Positions 26,111 through 38,916 of a stretch of DNA of 64,000 nucleotides are shown here, piece after piece. A program made the position numbers and the translations under genes. The DNA comes from Macrostomum lignano (lineage: Eukaryota). The stretch covers positions 1-64,000 of the forward strand of contig NIVC01003728.1 in NCBI GenBank assembly GCA_002269645.1, given 5' to 3'. Position 1 is the first letter of the stretch. Every line of letters starts with the position of its first letter. The notes beneath the pieces are model-generated. The model did not search any database, was not told the origin of the DNA, and saw only the letters and a list, made by a program, of their open reading frames with translations.

Positions 26111-29100
26111 CAGTGGCGGATCCAGGATTTCTTAAGTGGGGTGGCGGATATGCGAGTACAGAAACTAGAAACTAAGTAATCCCAATCCATCTATCTTTCA
26201 TCTATGCTCAATACAAGATCTTGAGAGGATATATCAATTTTTGCATACATTTTAATGCCTAGAGTGGTGCAAATGACTCTGACACATGAGGGTAGTAGTA
26301 GAAGTTGGCTCGGGTCTCGGGAAGAACTAACCCGTTTTGGTCAATATTGACAATTATATTTAGTGAGTTATCAAGGCTTCATTTAAAAGAAAGTCAATGA
26401 CAATGTGAGAAGACCAACACTATAATATTTTAATTTGAAATTTGAATAGAATGTACGTGTTGCAGTGAGACGCGAATAAGCAATCGTTAGTAGCAAATAG
26501 AGCGTAGAAGAATGGAAATTGGAATTAACGAATTGGAATCACTTAATTGAAGCAGGCACGGCGATTGACATCCTTTGACAGAAACTTCTCCACAGTTGCA
26601 GATATTGTACTTGCAGTATTACAAATCATGTCCTTGTGGATGAAGGCCAATGCCAGTCCATTCAGCCGCTCTTCTCCCATGGTGCTGCGCAAGTAATTCT
26701 TTAGAAACTTCAGCGAAGAGAAGGATCTTTCTCCAGTGGCAGTGGAGACAGGCAGCGTTGCGTAAATGTTCAAGAGAGTGCTGATGTTGGGAAACAGGCT
26801 ATGGTCGCAATCCAAGATTGTCTTAGTCAAAGTTGTGGGCCATTTCTGTGGATCCTCCCTTTGCCAGAGTCGCATCCACTGGTTAAATTCTGCTTCAACC
26901 TCCTCTTGCTCCTGGCTTGGCAGAACTGAAGCAAAGTGCTGCATTGATGGCTTGAGCTGAATGAATGGATTTGCATGCTTCTTGGCTGTTGCTGGGATAA
27001 GGGCACTGAGTCCAGAAGCAACGTCAGAAAGGCGTGCAAATCGGTCTTGCAGGTTGACCAGTAGTCCATCCAAGAAGGGAACAAAGATTGTCAAACGCCA
27101 GTAGTCCTTGGGATCAGTAGTAGGAAGATTGGCACGATTCGTTTGACGCGCAACTCGCCTAGGAGGAGTCAAGTCGATTTCAATTGCCTCTGCAGTCTCT
27201 AGAATCTTCTCCCAGAGCTCACTGAACTTCTCTGCAGACTCTTCCCGCCACTTCTGCAGTTGCTCTTGCACATCCGCAATTAGAAACCTGGCGCTTAGCA
27301 AATCTATTGCACACTTCTGGAGAGCTTCTGCCAATCCCTTGGTGAGAGTCAAAGTTACATCCAGAACCACGATTGATACCAGAAACTCTGCGTCCATCGA
27401 ATTAAGCAGAGCTTTTGCATTTCTGGATGCTTCTGGGTTGGAATGCTCGCGAACTTCTTCAAGAGCTTGCACGATTGGTATCAGTAGATGTCTTGTTGTT
27501 AGAACCGCATCGTGTCTTTCAATCCAGCGAGTGTCGCATAGGTTCTTCACTCGACGGGTATTGGCCTGATGGTTCTGTGACTTCACTATGTCCTCCAGAC
27601 ACTTCACTCTCTGAGCAGAACTGTTGAAGAACTTCGCCAGCTCTTGGATGTTTCCCCACGTATTTCTGATGCCAGGGACTTCGCTGCTCTTGCTGATGAC
27701 CAGATTGAGTTGATGCGCAGCACAATGAATGTAGATGGCGATGGGGTGCTCTTCTCTGATTATTGCTTGAGCTCCCTTGAACTTGCCGCTCATCGCACTG
27801 GCACCATCAAATCCCAATCCCACCAGCCGCCCTTCCAAGGGAATGCCGAGAGTGACGAACTGGGACAGAATGTTCCTCGCAAGTCCCGCTCCAGTCATGT
27901 CCTCTGCAATGGTGAATCCCAGAAAGTCTTCACAAATTGCTCCATCAAACACATAGCGAACACATACTGTCAGCTGCTCCTTTGTGGCCTGGTCTGTTGT
28001 TTCATCAGCCAGGATGGACACAAACTGTGCATTGTTTATCCGCTCCTTCAGGCGGTCCAGAATCACTTCTCCAATGCACTCGATCAGCTCATTCTGAATC
28101 GTCTTGCTGGTGTACTTAGCGTTGCCGGGTCCAGAGCGCAGATGCTCCTCTAGCCTCTTGTCTCCTGTGTCCACCATTGCTCGCAGGATCTCTCGAAAGA
28201 GACCATCATTCTGGCCAGGTCGGTCGGCAGTCTCTAGCACACCATGATCGTCTCGGTGTCCCCTGAGAGCAGAGCCACTCCTTCCACAGACTAGGATGGC
28301 ACGCACAATGGAGCTGAGGATATGCCTGTTCTTTGCAATCTGCTCCTGCCTCTGTGTTGCCAATCGACTGTCAATGTGCTGTTCTGGCACCATTCGCTTG
28401 AACTCCTGTGCTCTCAGTACATTGTCTTTGTGGTAGTTGGTATGCTCGTGAGCGCAGAGATAGCCATCTGCTCCCAAGAGTCTTGCGTACTTTTGCAACG
28501 GCTCATGAACTAGTCTTCCCAATTGGTGACCTTGTTGCCCTTGCTGAGTACCAAATAGCACACAAACTTTGCAGAACAAGCCACTCTTTACATGTGAGTA
28601 TGCTAACCAGGGTTTGTCGGCTAGATGACTGTGCCTCAGGAATCTCTTTTCTATTTTGCCCTTTGTCTTTCGCTCTTCAAATGGCATTGGGTAGGAACTG
28701 GGGGGCTCCCACGTTTGCGTCAGGAAGGCTATCTTAGTGGCACTGTCAGCAGCAGGATCGAATAGACCTATGTCAAAGTCAGACAACTTGCTCACTTGTA
28801 CTTCATTGGCTTCTCTGGTATCTCCATTGAACTCGGCATCGCATTCAGAGGTGCCGGCTTCAGCTTCGTCTGAATTACGAGTACAAGTTGTAGCAAATTG
28901 TTCCGAAACAGCAACAGCAGAAGAACTAGGTCTCTCAGCAGTGGCAGCAGCAGCAGGAGCAGCAGAAGAAGAAATGAATCGGATCTCAGCAGCAGTAGAA
29001 GCAGCAGATAACTTTGCAGCAGCAGTGGCAGGACCAGGTGGTGTAACAAAAAAGTGCGTTAGCAATTTTTGTCGCTTTGCGTCACGCTCTAATGGAGAAG

Positions 29101-29916
29101 ATGCTCGCTTCATTCTTCGTGATTGTGCATCATATGTTAAGACTTGCCAAATGGATTTTACGGACTTCAAGTTCAATTGGTGTTGAGTGTAGACAGATAG
29201 CCGGGACTGGCTCAAACTATTTGTCCTTTGTAGCAGGCTGTTAAGCTTTCGCTGGTTTTCGCAAGACGCATTGACGCAATGTACATTGCTCTCAAGTCTG
29301 AACCCCAAAATGGGGGAGGAAAAGCCTTTCAACCCCTTTTCATTCCATTCCCCCACCCCAAGTCTCTCTCAGAGTCTCAGTGTCTCTCTCACCCACAGAC
29401 CAAGAAATATAACTAGACTGCGCATGAGGGTAAAAAAAGTTGTGCCTTTTTCCTAGTAGGAAAAGTGGCACCCCAGCGCCCACTCCCCCGCGATCGATAA
29501 TTGTGCCCGGGCCTTTCTTCTTACCCTCAGCCAACTCAGCTTGTCGGGGTCTCTTTTTTTTTCCACTGTCATTTGGTCAAAAACAAGCCCAAGCAAGAAA
29601 TGCGGGATGCGCAGTCTAGTTATATTTCTTTTCTTGGTCTGTGCTCTCACCCTACTCTTACTATCATAACTTAACTTAGCTTCTCTCTTGCCAATGGTTT
29701 GGCTAGAAATAAATAAAACCGAACCGACAATGTTCCATGGGATGCAATTCCATTCCAAGGAAAAGCAGACAGACCATAGAAGCAATGGAAATATAATGAA
29801 GAACTTGGACTTTGTGGGTTGAGGAGCCCAAAATTAAAATATCTCCCTTCCATGCAAGTCCAGCCACGGCGAAAGTGGGGGGGCGGCCGCCCCCCCCCCC
29901 CCTGGATCCGCCACTG
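26111..29916 (-). mobile_element. Full-length hAT DNA transposon
   Basis: Perfect 16-bp TIRs CAGTGGCGGATCCAGG / CCTGGATCCGCCACTG; perfect 8-bp TSD GGCTATAC (26103-26110 and 29917-29924); single long transposase ORF. Confidence 0.97.
26543..29113 (-). CDS. hAT transposase (THAP12/PRKRIR- and ZMYM1-like: TTF-type Zn finger, DUF4371, hAT dimerisation domain); the open frame extends upstream to 29356
   Basis: WLAYS....GLFCKVC, SILADETTD, LGFDGASAMSG, YIHCAAHQLNL, TRW, LPVSTATGERSFSSLK..KNYLRSTMGEERLNGLAL; uninterrupted; basic NLS-like MKRASS..DAKRQK at the first downstream ATG. Confidence 0.95.
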   Translation of the reverse strand: MKRASSPLERDAKRQKLLTHFFVTPPGPATAAAKLSAASTAAEIRFISSSAAPAAAATAERPSSSAVAVSEQFATTCTRNSDEAEAGTSECDAEFNGDTREANEVQVSKLSDFDIGLFDPAADSATKIAFLTQTWEPPSSYPMPFEERKTKGKIEKRFLRHSHLADKPWLAYSHVKSGLFCKVCVLFGTQQGQQGHQLGRLVHEPLQKYARLLGADGYLCAHEHTNYHKDNVLRAQEFKRMVPEQHIDSRLATQRQEQIAKNRHILSSIVRAILVCGRSGSALRGHRDDHGVLETADRPGQNDGLFREILRAMVDTGDKRLEEHLRSGPGNAKYTSKTIQNELIECIGEVILDRLKERINNAQFVSILADETTDQATKEQLTVCVRYVFDGAICEDFLGFTIAEDMTGAGLARNILSQFVTLGIPLEGRLVGLGFDGASAMSGKFKGAQAIIREEHPIAIYIHCAAHQLNLVISKSSEVPGIRNTWGNIQELAKFFNSSAQRVKCLEDIVKSQNHQANTRRVKNLCDTRWIERHDAVLTTRHLLIPIVQALEEVREHSNPEASRNAKALLNSMDAEFLVSIVVLDVTLTLTKGLAEALQKCAIDLLSARFLIADVQEQLQKWREESAEKFSELWEKILETAEAIEIDLTPPRRVARQTNRANLPTTDPKDYWRLTIFVPFLDGLLVNLQDRFARLSDVASGLSALIPATAKKHANPFIQLKPSMQHFASVLPSQEQEEVEAEFNQWMRLWQREDPQKWPTTLTKTILDCDHSLFPNISTLLNIYATLPVSTATGERSFSSLKFLKNYLRSTMGEERLNGLALAFIHKDMICNTASTISATVEKFLSKDVNRRACFN

Positions 29917-31873
29917 GGCTATACGCTAATCGATGTGAACTTCAGACATTGTTATGGCCACAAAATACTTCATTTTAGGGTCATTAACACAACAACCAAT
30001 GTACGGCCATAAAATACCGACTGAGTTTGAAATGAAAAAATGGCTTGTTTGATTGGCGTGTCTACGTACTGACTTTTCTTTTTTCAGTAGAGAGAAAAGT
30101 CTACTCTACTGAAGGGTGTTTTATCCTAATGTGGAAGTAACTAAATTTAAAATTCGAAGTTCCTGGAAAGTACAATAAAATTCTTTTGAAAACATACTGA
30201 TTTCCCGTTTTAAATACTTTTCATGCATGCCTGGGATTGGAGCCTTGTGTAATTTGGTCTTCCACATCGTTGCAGCCAGTGTTTCAGAAGTTGATTGTTG
30301 TCTGAACGCACTTGAGAGTCCGCGTAGCGTTGTCTAAAATGCGTCAGTCTCACTGAAAATCGAAGAAATTATCGATGCTGTTCTGTGTAGTCACCGCTTG
30401 TGGCTAACTAGTACCGTACGAGTAGATGTAGTTAAATGGGAAAGCTCTGATTAAAAAAGCTGTTTCTAATGTTGTTTTTCCAAATTAATTGTAATATAAT
30501 ATGAGATTTCTACAAGTATAGTAATTTAAAAACCTACTTCGATAGTGAGGCATTTTCAAGGATTCAGACTAACTTTTGCTTCAACAAAACTAGTTCATAT
30601 TTAACATTCGAGCAATGGATTTCGTTTTAACGAAACCATTTTAACATTGAAGGTCCATGGGTTTTGTTTTAACAAAGCCATTTTGACATTCGAGCCATGG
30701 GGGACTACTAAGCACACGATGGCCACTACATCATGTATGTAGTGCTACAGGACAACGCAATGTTGAATAGATTTCTGCAGGTCACGGGCAGCAAACCATG
30801 CATGCATTACCTATATATGTAGGCGGAAGCTCATATATTGACGTGCGCAATTAATTGAAATAATCGACTGAATTCCAGGAGAACAGAAAAAGGGGAAGAT
30901 TTCCCACAGAAGACGACTATCGATGAGGCAGAAAATAATCTCTGCTGCCACCCGCGGTGAGGATTTCAAAGCCTTGGGCCGGGAATTCGCAAAATCTGAG
31001 AGAGAATCTGAGACTGTAGGATCGAAAGGACTTTCCGTTAATTGGCGGTCGATTCTGAGCCCCTCGTGGCAGAATTCTGTAGCCTGAGAGAAAGCTGACT
31101 AGCTCGATTTTGCACTGAGATCCAATCGGAGAGCCAGAAACCAAGCGAGGAGTGGTGATTGCTTAGCCCTCCATCATATTCCCCAGGAATATGAACACTG
31201 TGGCAACTTGCACATGTAAAAATGAGAGAGCAAACATTCAATACTCGGCTAGCAAGTTTGACCTTCCGAAACGCGATTTTGTCAGCTGGAAAGACCGAAG
31301 GAAGCCAACTGTCACAGTCGGTACCAAAAATCATAGCCTCGCTTTTTGTAAGTTCTGATAAGATGGTATTGTTTGTAAATAAAGTTACATATAGGTAATT
31401 AGAGTAGAATTTTTTTATGACAGGTAAATTGGAGTTTAATTAACTCAGTGGGATTTTCAAAGGCGAGATTATCTACGGTAAGACCTCGATCCAAGGTCGA
31501 TCTAGCTCGTATAGACGAAGTTTTTTTAGATACGGTGAGAGTTCTATGGGAAAGACTTTCCGTGCAGAGATTGCTGACATAAATACAGTGAAATTCTTGA
31601 GATGTGCTACGGTGAGATCGCTGTGAGATTGTGTGTTCTTTTAATCAAGCATCGAAAGGTAGTCTGAACTCTCGATTGCCTGCCCTTTTTGAGAGCGTTT
31701 AATTCATATATTTCACATGTGAAAGACAGAATCTCTCACAACCTCGCGAAATTTCAAATCATCAAATTAGTTCCTGTTGTGAACTAGCGGAAGTAACCAT
31801 AACAAGAGTTTTTAACACAAAATTTCGAGCTTGTGAAAGTGACCTGATGTTCTTTTAGCACAGAATTTGTAGC

Positions 31874-33262
31874 TTGTATTTGGACTTCGACAAACCAACG
31901 ATTGGATCCCACAGATATCAACTACTGCAGCAAACAACCTTTAGCTATAGTATGACTTTGAGCTACACTAGTACCGAGTCATCGCTGGAACAACTGCCTC
32001 CAGTCAATAACCAGCAATCTACGTTTGAGAAAATGCACAGTCACCACGGGAACTCTGAAATCTATCAGGCCTGGCGCTACGCCCAATGCAGCCTCCTCAT
32101 TATAGTGGGCCTTCTGGGCATCGTTCTGAACTCGGTCGTGGTGGCAGCCATACTTCTATCGCGACGCTTGCGCAGGACCAGCAACGCATTCCAGCTGCAC
32201 CAGTGCCTGCTGGACCTGCTCAGGTCTGCCTACTGCATTGTGTTCGCCAACAGCATCCTGGCTAACCGGGAGCCACCGTTTTGCAACCTACTCGGCGGCT
32301 CATTTATCCTGTGCGCCACCAGCTCAGCTTTCAACCTGCTTGCCATGGTGATGAGCGAGTCCTACGCCTTCACCGACCTGACCACTGGGCTGGGGGACAG
32401 CGGCAATTGCTGCTGCGTACTGTTTGGCATCGGCACCGTCTGGTTTGCCAGCTTCATTCTGAACCTTGGCGTGGCCTTGCTGCCGGGCAATCCCAGCTAC
32501 ATGGAGCAGATCGGGCACTGCACCTTTCGCTACGGAGAGATGCGCAACTATGTGCTGCACGCACTCTGGGTGTTTGTAGTCACAGCCGCTTTGATCCTGA
32601 CCGTCATGTACCTCAGGCGGCTGCACTCGGACATTGTAAACAGTCGGTTGCGCAACGACAGCGAGTTAAGGCAGACAGCACGTCGACTAGCAGGCGGCGA
32701 CGTCAGCACAGAGTCGGATCTGCTGTACAGGGTCGAGAGGTACGCCATCAGCCGCATGTACAGCTTGCTGGCGCTCACTGCAGTGTTCGTGCTGCTCTGG
32801 TACCCGCTGTTCGCGCTGACCCTCGTTGACGCCGACTACAAAAGCCAGCCAGCGGCGTACAAGGCGCTCACAATGCTGGCTTGTCTGGGCTGCGCGGCCG
32901 ACCCGCTGCTGTTGGCCTGTCTGTGTCGGGCCCAGCCACCCGCCGCGTTTGTAGCAAGGACTGCCGTTGTTGTCATGGCAACGGAGACTGATGGAAAAAT
33001 GCCAGCGCATCGCGGCAAGCCGGGGCGGCAGAGGCCGCTGATCGGAGGTTCCTGCTGCCTGTCGATGCCGCAGCTGCCAGCGCCGATGCCCCCGACTGAC
33101 ATATTTCAGCGTCATTCGGAAGCATGCCTCGATCAGCCGTCGGCAATGGAGGATGCCGCATGCAGTGGTGGGACTCTGCCGCCACCTCAACCTCCCCAGT
33201 CGTCTTCTTGGTCTCCGCCGGAGTCGCCTATAAGTGCAGTGCGGCTGCAAACGACACTGTAA
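31874..33262 (+). CDS. Single-exon class A orphan GPCR, SREB (GPR27/85/173)-like; the true start ATG is probably at MTLSY or MHSHH
   Basis: Seven hydrophobic helices. GIVLN (TM1); CLLDLLRSAYC resembles SREB CSDILRSAIC; ECL2 GHCTFRY resembles DQCTFQH; ISRM before TM6; FVLLWYP. Confidence 0.75.
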   Translation: MYLDFDKPTIGSHRYQLLQQTTFSYSMTLSYTSTESSLEQLPPVNNQQSTFEKMHSHHGNSEIYQAWRYAQCSLLIIVGLLGIVLNSVVVAAILLSRRLRRTSNAFQLHQCLLDLLRSAYCIVFANSILANREPPFCNLLGGSFILCATSSAFNLLAMVMSESYAFTDLTTGLGDSGNCCCVLFGIGTVWFASFILNLGVALLPGNPSYMEQIGHCTFRYGEMRNYVLHALWVFVVTAALILTVMYLRRLHSDIVNSRLRNDSELRQTARRLAGGDVSTESDLLYRVERYAISRMYSLLALTAVFVLLWYPLFALTLVDADYKSQPAAYKALTMLACLGCAADPLLLACLCRAQPPAAFVARTAVVVMATETDGKMPAHRGKPGRQRPLIGGSCCLSMPQLPAPMPPTDIFQRHSEACLDQPSAMEDAACSGGTLPPPQPPQSSSWSPPESPISAVRLQTTL

Positions 33263-34689
33263 TGATGACCCACCGCATTGAATATCACCATCGATAATCT
33301 TGTAAGGATTTCACACCCAAAGTGTCCCAGCCATAACTTTAGTGCATACTTTTCCTTTGAGACTTCGACGGTTTTCGTTGGCGTCGTCTTGAAGTGGCTA
33401 CGAGTAAGACGCTTATTTCAATTGCGTCATCTGAAACTTTTATTCAAGTTTATACAGTAGATTGCTTTATCGTCATGCTTTAGGAACAGTTGAGGTTGAG
33501 GCATATTTGGAGGATTTATTAGGAGGCTAGCTAGGTAATTACCCAGACAACAGGTGACTTTCAGTACCGCGGTCGAAGTGGTTTTTAAAGTGAACTTCCG
33601 GACCTTTAGAACAATGGTTTGTTATACTGCATAATTAGGCAATATGCAATTATTGTACCCTGGAGTTAGGCTAAGTGGAATTCAGAAATCATTTAATGTA
33701 CATATATGACAGTATTCATCATACACGTATACCCAGTAAAATTCTTAGACTACAGCGTACATCTATTTAGGATACGAAAACTGTTTATGCAGCACCAGGG
33801 GCGTCGCCATGTATTTTATGGTGGGGGCCACAAAGCCAAGAATTCAACATGTACATGACTAAATTCCTACATATTTTAAGAATCGGTGTTGTCACTGCGC
33901 ATTTTGGCGCCGAAGGCACTCATATTGGCGCCGCAGGCGCAGGCACTTATTTTGGGGTTGAAGGCCACAGCCACCATTCATTTGATGTGATTGTACTGCA
34001 CATGGCCAGGGAATTGCCTCAGCGCTAGATCTGGATGCACAATTTCATCTAATACTCGTATAACGTACACAAGCGCTTGACAAGCGATTAGCTACTAGCA
34101 GTAGTGCAATATTTCTAACCACTGTAGCGTACTTTTATTAAAGTCGAAAGTAAAAAAAAACTATAAGAAAAACAATTTTACGGTATAAACGCTTTTGGTT
34201 TTCTTTCCAAATGGTTAAACAAAGTTTGAAGTCAAACAAAGACACGATTTCCACTTTTATTTACAAAATGGCAATGCCAACAGAAACAAAGTAAGTAGTA
34301 CGTAGCAATTGATAAATCGTTTAAAACTGCTCAGCATCAGAGGCTGAAATGCGTGGCATTTAATGTGTAGAATGTAAAAGTAGCGTAAAATTCGTACATA
34401 CGAATACAGTAACTACTACTTAAACGGCTAGTAGTAGCTTACAGCAGATCGACTCTAAAGTCCTACCAATCAAGCCTTCAAACGAGAAACGAATATATAG
34501 GACGTTAATAGAGTCAGGCGGATTCATTCATTTCATAACCGGGTTACTCAGCTGTCAAAATTGAGGTGTTTCCTATTTATTCACTCAGTTAAATAGAAAA
34601 GGGATACATTGAATCCACAGAGAACAGCAGTAAGCATAGCAGTCATGTATTTACATTTATTTATCAGCACCAGATTTTGCTAAGCATAC

Positions 34690-35033
34690 ACTTCTCAAGT
34701 TGGCCATCTCGGCATCTCGGGGGGGGGGGCGATTCTCAGGTTGGCCATCTCAGGGGGGGGCGATTCTCAGGTTGGCCATCTCGGGGGGGGGCGATTCTCA
34801 GGTTGGCCATCTCAGGGGGGGCGATTCTCAGGTTGGCCATCTCAGGGGGGGGCGATTCTCAGGTTGGCCATCTCAGGGGGGGCGATTCTCAGGTTGGCCA
34901 TCTCAGGGGGGGCGATTCTCAGGTTGGCCATCTCAGGGGGGGGGATTCTCAGGTTGGCCATCTCAGGGGGGGGGGCGATTCTCAGGTTGGCCATCTCAGG
35001 GGGGGCGATTCTCAGGTTGGCCATCTCGGGGGG
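34690..35033. repeat. 29-31-bp minisatellite (G6-9 CGATTCTCAGGTTGGCCATCTCA)n
   Basis: About 11 copies differing mainly in G-run length. Confidence 0.95.
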
Positions 35034-35172
35034 TCAACCATTCTTAGCTCAGGTGTATTGCTGTTTATAGCGCCTGTTCATTACAAATTAAAACAATTAC
35101 GCATTAATAGTGTGCTTTAACATAACATAACTTTGCACAGAGCAATATTACTGGGACAGACAGAAACAGGAT

Positions 35173-35941
35173 TCAGTGTTGAGCTGCAAGCTCATTCTCC
35201 AGAGTAGTCCACACGAATCCTTTGCCAGCAGAGCCCACAGCTGCACCAGCAGCCGAGTCGCTAAAATAATCAGTCGGACAGTGACACACAAACCTCATAC
35301 TGCTCAGCGGCCGGTGTAGAACTTCGTCAGCCGGCCCCAGAGTGTAAGTCGCGGGTTCGAATCCCAATTTCTGATCTATGGAACCGCTGTCACCAGCAGC
35401 AGGCCGCTCCAACGGCACCAACCAGACCAGCTGACAGCTGGCAGACAATTCGCTGTCGAAGAACAAAGACTTGATCTGACCGAAATACGCGCGAGAATCT
35501 TCGGTCACAGCCACCACGTCGCCCAGCTGATAGTAGCAACCGCCGTGGAACAGCCAGTCCCGGTGCCGGTCGTCACGCGCCACGCCCGACGGTGGCGCCT
35601 TCAAGGGCGCGAGAGACCGACGCAGACGAGCAACAGGGCGCTGCTGCTGCTGCTGCCTGCCAGGCGCCAGCCGGACTCGCCGAGGCTGCTTGGCTGTTGT
35701 CGATGCCGCAGTCGCCGACTCCACAGCTGCCGCGACGGCTGCCGCGGCGCCGCGGGTGAAAGTTGCCGCAGCGGCAGTGCCGCTGTTGCTGCTGCTGAGA
35801 CGACTGCGACAGGAACCTCCGCCATTGCTACCGTGGCCACTGGGCCTCAGTGTTGCTTGGCTTCTGTCTGAATCTTCGGCTTGAGTCTGCTGGGCAATGC
35901 TGGCTGCTGGGGCCGACATTTTCAATTGGTCTTGATTAGCT
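35173..35941 (-). CDS. GATAD1: GATAD1-like protein, main exon (C-terminal BAH-like domain)
   Basis: APLKAP...LFHGGCYYQLGDVVAV..DSRAYFGQIKSLFFD....SCQLVWLVP...FEPATYTLGPADE...MRFVCHCPTDYF...KGFVWT matches the recalled GATAD1 pattern IKAP..YKGVYYQIGDVV..YYAQIRG..LTWLIP..FDPASYIIGPEED..FVCHAPSEYF..KGYIWT. Acceptor gtatccag precedes position 35941. Confidence 0.88.
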
Positions 35942-37814
35942 GGATACACGGGTTATCATATTTTAGATAGTAACTTTTCTGTTTAATAGATATTTATAAT
36001 TTTTTTGAGCTCTACAACTAGCAAGAGGTACTTTAAGTACAGTGCATCATGTATGCGAAACACTTGGCAAATAATTTGTTTATAGGTTGCAGAGGGGGTG
36101 AAGCAAGTTGCAGAGGAGTGAGCACTGAGCATAGTGAGCATTGAGCAAATAAAGTGAGCATTAAGCAGAGGGAGCAATGAGCAGTGGGAGTGAACACTAA
36201 GCAGATAGAATGAGCATTGAGCAGAGTTAACACTGAGCAATGGAAGTGAGCAATAAGCATTGAGCATAGGGAGCGAGCACTGAGTAGTGGGAATAGACAA
36301 TTTGAAGTCCTAGTATGAGTGAAGCAAGACATTCTATAAATGTTTAAAATTAAATATAACTGAACTTACTTTTTAATGTCATTTAATGTCATATAAACAA
36401 GACATAAAAGTAAGAAATGAGAATTATAGTAGTGAAAATGAAGTGATTTTAAGTGAAAAAACTGTAGAGTTACTAAATAATATATTTATTTAAAAAAAGA
36501 CAACAAAAATTAGGCAAAAATCCTAGACTAAAAGTTTATGATCTTTTAAAGTTGAATATTTATTAGACTAGGCCTAGAGATACAAAATTCACTTAAAATA
36601 TTATTGAAGTTTATTTTCTATATTAAACTTTGGTTTAAGGATATGGCCACACTCCAGATCATATAGTATATGCCCAAAAATTTGGGAGTGCATTGGCCTT
36701 GCATGCCTAAATTTAGGTGTGTACAATTGGCATATATGACTCTTAAGAAAAAAGTATGTGTGCACACCTGGCATGAACTTCATAGAATCATGCAGAAGAG
36801 TTAGTGGTAAATGGAAAAAATATTGAAAATGTTTATATTTTCGTATAAATTTGAAACTTAGATTTTGATTAGAGATTTAGTATATTGTGATTTAAATTTT
36901 GATTTTGATATAGATTTTGAGTGCAGGTATGCTTTAATACTTTTGCATGCATCTGTAACTCTTCAATTTTTGTGCAGGCATATACCCAGCATGATCTAGA
37001 CTATGGGGATATGGCTCTATATATTATACATAGTTATACATAATTTCTGATTTATAAATACTATACTGACTGTATGTGACCAGCAGCACCAGTGCAGCTG
37101 CACTGGAAACCACCAACCTCTGTCTAGCTAAGGTTGGATGCATACCAAGCAAGCCAGCTTGCTAAGCCAAGGGGATTGATATAGTCTATTATGCCATGCC
37201 ACCTTTTTACACATCACTAGGCCCCACAATATCGCGCTGTTTATGTAAATATAAATATATGTGCAAAGCAGAGCAAAACTTTGTTGCCATTACATTTAAT
37301 GAAATAATTAAAGCATTCTGCCTCATTGGTGAGCCCAATGCCTAGCACAGAATGCTGGGCCTACCTAGTTGGCCCTAAGCAGTCCTAGCAGCCAACTACC
37401 AGCCAACAATAGCCAAGCCCAGCAATACTGCAGCCTAGCAACAACAGTACTACAGCCTAGCAGCACTGCAGCCTAGCAGCACCACAGCCCAATAACCATA
37501 GTCAGTACCCTATAGCAATAATTGGCCCAGTTAGCTCACCCCCTGGTAGTTCCTGAGGTCTTGCCTTTTGGCCTTCACATTGGACTAACCACTGCCACAC
37601 GCTGCAGCTCATTCTAAGTTAGCACCACTGCTGCTAGCCTAATGTCCCTAGCCTCTGTGCAGGAGCCTCGACCTGGCTCATGGTAGTAACTGACTGTCAA
37701 TTGCCTCTAGTGTGGTCTGGCCATACCTCTATTGCTTTTGGCGCCTGCCTAGCACCTTCACCTTGCTGCCTTTGGCACCCACCTGGCACCCTGCTGCCTT
37801 TGGTGCCTACCTGG

Positions 37815-38410
37815 CCAGGATGGAATTCTTGCACAAAAGTTGTTATGTGTTTGTGCATGCTTGTCAAATTTGTGCACGCTTGCATGCTGAAAAGGAGCCT
37901 ACTTGCGTGCTCTTAAAGAAGGTGTGTGTTCATTCCATTGTATGCGCTTGGGCAAGAAGCCGTTTGCCACAGAATCACAGATAGGATTTGACTTTTACAT
38001 GCATTCAACAAGGTTATGTGCCATGTGGCATATACGCACTCAAGTTCTCCTACTTTTCATAGTCCGAAAGGTTGTTTTTACACCAGAAAATTTCAAAACA
38101 AAAGTAAAACAAAGAATAATAGTTTTTAGCAAAAACAGTTACTTTAAAGTTTAGTAAAACTCTTATAATTTTTAAAGAATATTTTCTCAAAAGAAATATA
38201 GTGTTCAAGCTACTTTAAACTTAAAGTACAATTTTTTTAATTTATGTCAGCATAGAATTAAAAAAATAGAAAAATGAAATTTCATTTTTTGCACATAGGC
38301 TATGATCTGAATTATTATGACTTATTTTTACAGCTAGCATGCACACTTGCATGCTGCTCCAAAAATGTGCACGTGCATTTTCTTATCCCTAAGCAAGAAT
38401 TCCATCCTGG
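37815..38410. mobile_element. hAT-type MITE
   Basis: TIR CCAGGATGGAATTCTTGC / GCAAGAATTCCATCCTGG; 8-bp near-TSD ctacctgg/ccacctgg; AT-rich core. Confidence 0.7.
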
Positions 38411-38508
38411 CCACCTGGCACCCCTGCTGTCTTTGGCACCTACCTGGCACTCTGCTGCTTTTGATGCCTGCCTGGTGCCCTTGCTGCCTTTGGCACCTGC
38501 CTGGTACC

Positions 38509-38916
38509 TAGAGGTCGGACAGGATTAAAATCTTCGGGCGGGATCGGGATCGGGAATAATTTTTTTCTTGGGATCGGGATCGGGATCGGGATTCGGGAAT
38601 CGGGATCAGGTTTTTTAGTGTATTGTAGCTTGTAGGTCCATATAAAGGTAAACAAAATTGAGCTAAAATGTCAAGATCAAAAAGTAGAATATAACAAAAT
38701 TGATGCAAAGTTTTGTAACTAACAAATTAATAATGTAATGATTACAAGTTAAAGCAAAATACATTCAAGTAATCACTAGTTCTATAAATTTTTAATCAAA
38801 AGACCTGTTCCCGTTTCTCGTGTTTTTTAGGGTCGGGATTCTAGTCCCGCGGGAATCCAATTTTCCTCGGGATCCCAAGATTTCGGGATTGGGATCGGGA
38901 TCCCGTCCGACCTCTA
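38509..38916. mobile_element. hAT-type MITE with subterminal (GGGATC)n repeats
   Basis: TIR TAGAGGTCGGAC.GGAT / ATCC.GTCCGACCTCTA; 8-bp near-TSD ctggtacc/ctggcacc. Confidence 0.8.

Noticed and set aside
33796-33975. CAGGGGCGTCGCC hAT-like end with GGCGCCG(A/C)AGGC repeats
   Set aside because: No matching right TIR or TSD found
34677-35120. ORFs with GGDSQVGHLR, GGRFSGWPSQ and MANLRIAPPE repeats; the array superficially resembles CRISPR
   Set aside because: Head-to-tail 30-bp minisatellite with no unique spacers and no cas genes, in a eukaryotic context
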